IMG/VR virus record: IMGVR_UViG_3300008012_000022
Location: 29,369-93,368 of that record
Origin: a virus
Reading direction: 5' to 3' (one strand)
DNA: 64,000 nt
The position numbers and the translations under genes were made by a program. This document shows, in pieces, positions 38,001-47,000 of this stretch. The notes beneath the pieces are model-generated. The model saw only the letters and a list, made by a program, of their open reading frames with translations. It had not been told where the DNA came from and did not search any database. Position 1 is the first letter of the stretch. Every line of letters begins with the position of its first letter.

Positions 38001-41000
38001 TGAAGCACTTCTTAAACCACTTTCAGTTTGTTTAATGGCTTTTGTTAGTTCTGCGTGACGTTCAGGGTTGATTGCCTCATCAGTATTCTCAAGCTCACGA
38101 ACTAATTCGCGCAATTTCAAACTAAGTTTATCTACTTCTGGTTGAGATTTGTTAAATTTCTTATTAAGTCCTTCATCTAATTGAGGTAATAAAAATGATG
38201 CAGCAAAACTAAGACCGAGAGCCGCACTACCTAAACGCCCGCCTTGCTTTGGAGGTTTTGATGATTGTGTTCTATTTTGAGATATTCCAGAAAGAGATGT
38301 AGATTTACCACGTCTAGCTCTTGCTCTAACCCTTTTTCTATCACGTTCACGTGCCTTTTTATCTTCTGCTCTTTGTTGAGCGGCGGATAATTGTCTATTT
38401 GGATCATCGTCTGGTAAGCTAGAGAAATTTCCACCTCCACCACCTCCACCAGTGCCTCCACCTCCACCAGATCCTATGCCACTACCAGATCCAGTGGCAG
38501 CACCAGCGCGACGTGTATTCAATATAGCGCCCGTAACAGGATCTATAGAAGTTGCCCCACTACGAGATAATACAGGAACAGGTCGTGGTCCTACTGAACC
38601 ACGACGAGTTAATGGTGGGACTTGTGGCGCTCTCCGAACACCTATAGTTCTATCACCTTGTTGTTTAGTGCGTGCTAACAATGTCGGCACAGGAGGTTTA
38701 CCTCTTCTGACTGCGACACGTGGAGGTCCACCACGACCTACTACTCTGCCACGGTTTCTTTTAGCAAATTGTTCTTGACGTGCTCGTGCTAATACATCGT
38801 TTCTAACCAATCTCTGTTTGCCAGTTTGAGGATCGCTCACAATAGTATAACCACTATTCGCCGCTTGAAGTCTCCTTCTTTGGTCTGGTGTTAATTCCTC
38901 AGGATCTATTGATGCAGGTTTAGACTTCGCTGCTTTTTTAGCTGGCTCTGATGGCTCAGGTGCAGGATCAGGTTCAGGTGCCCGTCTTTCTCCTGATGGT
39001 GATGCAGGTATAGCACCTGTGTCTGGATCAAATGGAATTCTCTCTTGAGTTAGCGGATTTACAAGTTCGCCGCTAGCTGCATCGAAGATAAACATATCAT
39101 CGGCAAAGTTTGGCGTTTTGCCTTTCACCATTTTCTTAACAGCTTTAGTAGCCTCAGGGAATAACTTTCTCCATTGTTTGGCACGAGCAGTATTACTAAA
39201 TGCCATAGCATAAGTCTCTGCAAAAAACTCTTGATCACTCAAGTTAGATACAGCAGAATCAGCTAATAAATTATTCGCTAAATTACCAGCGAAACCATTT
39301 CGGCGCTTGTCACGTTGTAGTGCAACTCTAAATCCTGCTGAACTAGATAACAATCCTGCTAAACGATCCCCTGTAGATGCCCCTACTCTTGTTTTTGAAA
39401 AATCAAAAGCATGACCAGATTCATGAAGTAATACATTTAGTGCTTCCTCTTGTGCTCGTTTACCACCGATACCACGTAGCCCCAATCTTGTGTTACTAGT
39501 TAAACCTAATATACCTGTTTCGCTATCGAAGCTACCACCTAATCCACCTCCACTGATGTTACCAAATCTTATACGTCCACCATTTGGACCTTGACTTAAT
39601 AAAGTGTCTAGTTGTTTACGAGGTAACCTTTTGAAAAGTTCTTTTACATCTTTGTTGTGTGCAAACTCTGTGCCTTTAAGAAGTTTGTTTACTCTGCGTC
39701 TTTTACCACCTAATAGGTCAAACAAACCAGCAGCACCACGTCTACCCAATCCACCAGCAAATCTTACGCCTCTACCTATATCTCTGATAGCATCAGGAAA
39801 TCCTCTGATAGCATCTCCTGCAACACCATATATACCTTGACTCTTTTTCAAAAGTTTGAAGGCGCGACTATTAGTGATTCTTTGAATACGTGAAAAGTTA
39901 GGGTAAACATGCTTACCCGCTATAAGGTCACGATTAGATACAGATGATGCTCTACCACCAGCTTGATCACGAGTATTCGTTACCACTAGACCCATAGGGT
40001 TGTGGCGTTTCGCTAATGGGTGAGTGTCTAATCTTACCTGATGTGGTTTAACACCTGTTCCTGTAGTTTCTCGCGCAACAGCATCAGCAATAGGATTCCG
40101 CGCAAATGACGGTATTGTTCCAACACCCTCATCAGGAATTTTTATTCTATATTGAGGATTATTAAGCTCCCATTCGACTAGCTCTTGATCGCTGTTGATT
40201 TCATTTTTTTGTCGTTTTAACTTTTTTTCTTCTTTACGGAGTTTTGCTACCCTTTTTGCTTCCGTAGGATAGTCACCAACACGTGGCGATTTGGCCCATA
40301 CATTAGACCTATAGAAATCTCCATCCCTATGAATACCCTCAACAGGTTTCGTTGTTTTGATCTCACGAGTTGTAGAATTAATCTCAGCAATCTCATCAGC
40401 TATATCATCAATACGTGGCTGAATAACTCTTTCAAAATTTTCCGCTGCATTAGTTTGAGCCTTTGATAAAATTGAAGGCATAGCAGCAGTTCGTTCCCGA
40501 AGTGCACGTAAGTTTGTTATTCCATAAGAGTTCTCAGTTAACCAAAATCTAGCACCTTCCTGACCAACTACCTTCTCTAGTTCACTAGCAAATTGTTGCG
40601 TTATTTCCTGATCAGGTCTATCGAAATCTAATAGTAATTTACGAGCGCCCGTTCCCGAAACATCCGTAGCAGATCTAGCCTTAACAACTACAGCATCAAA
40701 TACATCATCGATTAAATCTTTAGAGGAATCGGGATCAAAGTGAGTAAATAAAGATGAACCCGCTTCTTCACGAGTAAGTTTTATATTATCATCAAAAGCT
40801 GGTAGTTTAACACCAGCATCATCTAGTTTATCTTGACCAGCCACACGGATACTACCTTTGGTTGGTCGAACAATATCACCTTGAGCGTTTCTAACAAAAG
40901 GAAGTCTACTACTAAAACCTTCTCTGAAATCTGTATTAGATACTGATACCGCTGGACCTTCACCTATAGTAGCCGCAGCAATATTGGCGCGATCTCTTTG

Positions 41001-44000
41001 GTTCAATAGTTTACCGCGAAGACCATGATCATCAAAACCACCACCTCCAATTACTCCTTCTGCTTGCTTCTTACTAAAGCTTCCTCCATGCGAAATAAGG
41101 AATACAGTATTTTCTGGCGCAATGCCATGTTGACCTGCAATCCTTGCTAAGTCTGCGTGTCCCGCAGTTGTTGGTGAAAAGCCTCCAACCGCTACAGCTA
41201 CTTGACCACTCTTCAACTGTGGCGTATTTCCTTTAAGAAGACGACCATCATTCAATGTTACATCATGCAAACGCGCCAAACTTGATCCAAAGTTCTCTCT
41301 AATGTTTACGAACGCTGGTCTAGCACGATCACCTGCACCACCAATTTCAAACTTGCGGCTAGCTTCAATTGCAAGACCTTCAAGTATAGCAGTATCAGTA
41401 GTTGGTTGTCTACCGAATCTAGCTTGACCCGCTCGTTCCAATCCTTCGCCAGTGCTTGAACGGAAATGTCTACGTCTTAATATCTCTGAGTGTGCTGGAT
41501 TTTCGCGACTTGAAAGCACTACGATTCTATTCAGACCTTGAACTATATTTCTATCAATACCTTCACCTTGAATAGCATTGTTCAACAGTGGCGAAGCAGA
41601 AGTCTCTGATCTTGCGATGATAACATCGTCCAATGCATCAATGTCCGCAGGAGTAAGAATGTCTACTGTCTTCTGTCCACCGAACGCTTGTCCTGCTTTA
41701 CCTCTATTTCCACCACGAGATAAGAAAGTTTTTCCTGCACCTACTGGACCAACAACTAAGCTAGTTCTTTTTTCTTTTTCAATAGCGCGTTGTGACAGGA
41801 ACTTGTTATAGTTAGCTACGCTTTGTGGAGGTAGTTTACCTGTCATGGCATATTGATGATAACCTTGAGCATCAATAATACCATACTCCAACATAGCGTC
41901 TGCTACCTTATCTACATTCTTTGGATTTTGTAGAACATCGGAATCAATTATACCTTTGCTACGTCGTGTTCCTTGAATAACATCTCCAGCTTCGTTTTCA
42001 AACTGTCGCAATGGTCCACGTTGAAGTTCGCCGCCTGTCAGTTCTCTAATCTTACCATTCGACGCTCTTGCAAATATTCTTGCGAAGTTAGGTATATATC
42101 CTTTAGCAAAGGTAATACGATTTTCAAGACGACCACCTATTCTTGAACCCATACCTGTAACACGTCGCTCAAGGTCAGCCATATTTTTAAATGGCCCATT
42201 AGCTTCACGTTCTCTTACGATAGCCCGTGCTCGATCTGCATCAATCAATGGTAATTGTGCAGCAACAAGATCATCTACTGATACTCTATTGATATTTGGA
42301 TCGTGCCTTCTACCAATTTGATTAGCTGCACGGTGCCTGTTAGCTGATGTATCATTCGGATCAACTACATGTTGTGATAGTTCAGATCCTCCTTTACCAT
42401 CACTTCTATATAAAGTTTCTAATTTCGGCGCACCCGCTGAACTTGTTAGTTTAGCTTGTAAATCAGCACGACGCTTCATTTCCTCAGGGGTGATGTGTCC
42501 ACCACTGATCATCATAGTTTGAAGCTTCTTAGGAACTTTACCAGCTTCTATTTGTGCCTGACTAAAAATAGGTTTACCTAAAGCATTTTGAATAGTAAGT
42601 ATATCATCAAAACTCTGTAACGGAATTCGAGCAGCAATAGCTTCACTCATTGCTGGACCAACACCATCATATGCTGCCTCGATAGCTTTAGCATTACCCA
42701 ACTTGTTGATTTTATTAACCATACTTTGGGCTGGACCAATCGCGCCTGTAACTGGTGTAACTAGATCATCAAAAGCGTCATCAAACTTCGGCGCTCCCTT
42801 CTTCTTCGCCAAAAGGATTCTTTCAAAACGAGATTCTGTTTCTGATAAGCGGCGAGTTTTACCAGTTTGAGGGCGATGAGGAACAATAGCGAATTCTGGC
42901 TGTTGCGCTATCTCATCCATCAACTCGAAAATTTCATCGAGTTCATCAGGTTGGCTACGAGTAGCAGCGCGAATCTTTTTTGTCCGTCCGCGTAAACCTA
43001 ATTCTTTTCTTTCAGCACTAGATAGATGCTCTAAACCACTAGTTAGAATGACCCTATCATTCCTCTGACTAGCTGGTAAAAGAGAAGTGTCTGGTTTTTT
43101 TCCTAACTGACCAGATAATGACATAAGATAGGCAATCTCTTCTGGTTCTAAGTTATCTAAACTAGTCAGATGAATTTGTGGATCACCAGTTCTTTTTGAC
43201 TTATGAATATTGCTTACGCTTGAAGTAATTCTTACTCTTCTACCATCTGGAAGTGTATGGACATAATCAAGTGGCTCATGAACACGTCTTGAATCAGGAC
43301 CGTATCTTTGAGTTGATGGAATGTGATGGCGGCGATTTATACGAAGCGAAGCAAAATTCGGAAAGACACCTTTGGTTCCTGCTAACGCTTGATAGATAGC
43401 AGAATTCATTCCCCTATCATTTCCTAATGCAGCTAATAGATCTTTAGAGCTTGCATATCCCTGTTGTATTCCACGGGATCTGTTTATACGACCGTCAGCA
43501 TAGGAACCGAGAAGTGTGTTTAAAGATTCTCTATCTCTTACCGACAATCGTTGAAACATTGGATTCTCATATAACGCAAAGAAGTCTACATAATCTGTTT
43601 GTTTCGGATTACGGAATGGTGGTTTGCGTAATGGTCTACGTCCACCACCTGTATTGAAGCGGTTGAAATTACTACCACCACGTCCATGATGAAAGGAAGC
43701 GAAGTTTGGCACATCACCTGCGCCAACGTCACCAACTGCTGAAAAAGCGACGGGTGTATCAGGAAGTTGTTTGGCCGCTGTTGATAGATGAAACAACCTA
43801 TCTGGCTCAGGATTTTTAACCCCTGCAAGTTTAAATACTTTCGCTAAATATTCACGAAATTCTGCTTGTTCTTTAAGAACATATCCGACAGACTCTTTTC
43901 CTTTAGCTTCTCGTATAGCATGAAATTTTTTACCAAAATTAGCTGATTGAGGTGGATCAATTAATTTAAAAGCTTCGGCTAGCCTTTGTTGTTCTTCTTG

Positions 44001-47000
44001 CGATAGTTTTTTACTAGCAGCACGAGACAGTAAAGTAATATGTCTGTCTTCAATTGGAGACATACCATGAGGAACCTCAGGAGGATTATACCTTCTATCT
44101 AAACGTGTAGGCATAATAGCAGCACCTTTCATAACTGGTCTACCATTAATGATACGAGCATAGTTAGGTATCACCGCAGAATCTCCACTGATAGGACCAG
44201 CCCCAACAATTTCAGTCTCGTGATTATTCATCACGAATGGCTTACCACCAATTGTACCTTTGCCTCGTTTAGCTCTAACAGTTGATGGCGCACCGTGAGC
44301 CATTGCAGTTAACTCTTCTCTTGCACGCAGTTCAGGTGGTATATGCCCACCTGCAAAATATTGAATAGGTTCACGTCTACCGAAACGTTTAGATTCTATG
44401 TTTTGAGAAGAAGTTCTTAATCCACGACGTTCGCGTCTTTGTTGGAACCTCCCTTGTCTCTCTTGTCTAGCTGCTCTTTGAACTTTTTGTTGCTGTGTGA
44501 GTGTGCTTTTATCAGGTAATGAATCACCTGTAGCATCAAAAAACGCATGTCTCCAATCACCCTTGTATTCAAAATTAAGGACTTTCTTCACAAAGTCCTT
44601 CATATTGCGATCTGACGATGAGACTTTAGCCTCGAAATTTCTTGTGATTGTTGGTGCGCCAATTAATCCACGAAGTTTGGTAAGGTTTTGAGAGCCTGTA
44701 ATATCAAAATTATTTGACCCGTCACCTTGAGACGAAAGGAGTCCGAGATGATCAACAATCGCCGCCTCGAATGCTGCACCTACACCAGCAGCTAGAGCAC
44801 CTTGCGTGCCACCATCACCACCACCTATTAAGTGATTTCTCGCCGCGTGTTTTGTTGATCTGTTGTTACCTGCTAGTTCATAAGTTTTCGCCCATACAAC
44901 AGCTTCGTCTGCAACTTGTTCGATTATATCATTTTTGAAACCTTTCGCCGCTTCATCAACCTTTGGACCCTTCGGACTATAAAAATTAAAAGCATTGGCC
45001 GCAGTAGTATATGGGATAGGACGACCAGAATTAAATCTAGCACCATCTGGTGCTAACTTACTTATACTACGTGACAGTTCTTTTTGATTTAGCGACGGTA
45101 GTAATAAACCATGCTTACGAATAGATTTTATCTGTAGACTACCACGAGCCAATACAAGTTCTGTTCCTGCTTCAATGGCTTTTTGTATTCCTTCATGGTT
45201 CTTACCAAATCTTCCTTTAAGAGATTTTTCAACAAACGAGTTTAAGTTACGTCCTGTTCCTTGTCCTTTTAATTCTATTTTACCACCTTGAGAGAAAGCT
45301 TTTGAAGCCCATGCTCCCATGGTAGTTCCGCCCAACGTCCTAAATAGCTTCAATGCATTAGGTGGAATGTCACTAACATCAAATAGTTGACCTGTTCCTC
45401 CACCATGAGTAACACCAAACGCTGAAAATACTGCCGCTTCAAATGCCGAACCGATTAAACTACCGATAGCACCACGAGCACCTTCACCACGTTTCAATTC
45501 TCCTACAATACTTTCTGGCGTAGAAGAAGTTCTACCAAAAACAGATTCATTATATCCTACTGCGGATTTAGCGGCGAACTTTAAGAACCTTTCCTCTAAC
45601 AGTTCACGAGTTTCAGCCATATTGACATCTTCCTTCGTAGCTGGATAGAAACCCTGAAAAGCTCTCTTACCGTCTCTCTTAACAAATTGCCATGGAACAT
45701 TTACTTTCTTATTATCTTCATCAATAAAGCTGGCTTGTCCTTTACCCGCACCACTCGATGGTCCTAAATATCTTAATGAGTTGGCATCAGGAACCGCTAT
45801 AGCATATGAACTAATACCTTTGATTTTTAATCTAGAGGCGTCATCTGCCCCTTGTATATCTTTACGAACACCTGTCGCAGCTTTATCTACTAATGAAGAG
45901 AAACGATTCGCCGCTACACCTGATAGATCATAGTTTTTAAGTTTCTCCAAATCACCAGCAGAGACAGGACTGCCATTAAAAGTATATGAACCTTTCCGTC
46001 CAAATACTGAGTCAGATATTCTTTCAGATCCAGCTACACTGTTAAGTGCCGAATCTTTATATACAGCAGTAGCTAGCTCATCTATACTATTAGCATTAGT
46101 ATCAATATTTCTACTGCCATCGTCCGCAGTAACAATCTCATAAGTCGTCTTCTTATTCCAGTTGTCATTAATAACTGATGAGTCTATTCGTGAACGTAGA
46201 TTCGGTGAACCAAATAAAGTTCTGATTCTGTTACCTTCTGGTTGGGAATTAATAATTTCATCAATATTGCTTTGATGACTTCTATCAACAAACAAACGAA
46301 GCATTTGTTGTTGCTGCTCTGGTGTTCCTTTGAACCCATCTGCACCTGTGTTGAAAATTTTTCCGAACCTTTCTGACTGGAAATAACTACGTTGAACATG
46401 GTTCTCAATAGGAGTTCCATATGCAAAAATCTTTCCTAATTTTCGGTGTTTCGGTGGAGCTTTATATGATGGTATAACAGCAGCATCTTTACCACCACCA
46501 GCACGTGGCACCATCAATTCTTGATCGTTAAAAATAAAGTGTTGTCCACCAATCTGTGCAGGACCAGTAGACATATAGACATTAATTGGTCCACGCGCAC
46601 CTTCGGCACGAGCACGACGCTTCTCTTCTGAAATCAGTTCTCTATCGAAGACGGGTCTTGCGTAGTCGAGCGTATTTTTTTTTATAGTGCCCGACATACC
46701 AGCCGACATACCAGCCGATGGATAGTTACCAGCAGCAAATGAAGATATTGGTCTATTGAAACGATTAGTAAGCTGACCTCCTGCTGAATAGCCACGACCA
46801 CCTCTCGCATATACCCCCGCAGCAAGATCACGTAACAAATTCTTTTGGACTAACAGTAATGAGTTTTCTTGTTTGATCGCATTTTGAATAAGACGATGCT
46901 TCTGTTCAATAGTAACAGATTTACTTGCTATACTAGCACGTAACTTGTCGTCTTGAACCAACAGTTGAACTATACCACCCTCAATATCTTTGATTCTTTG

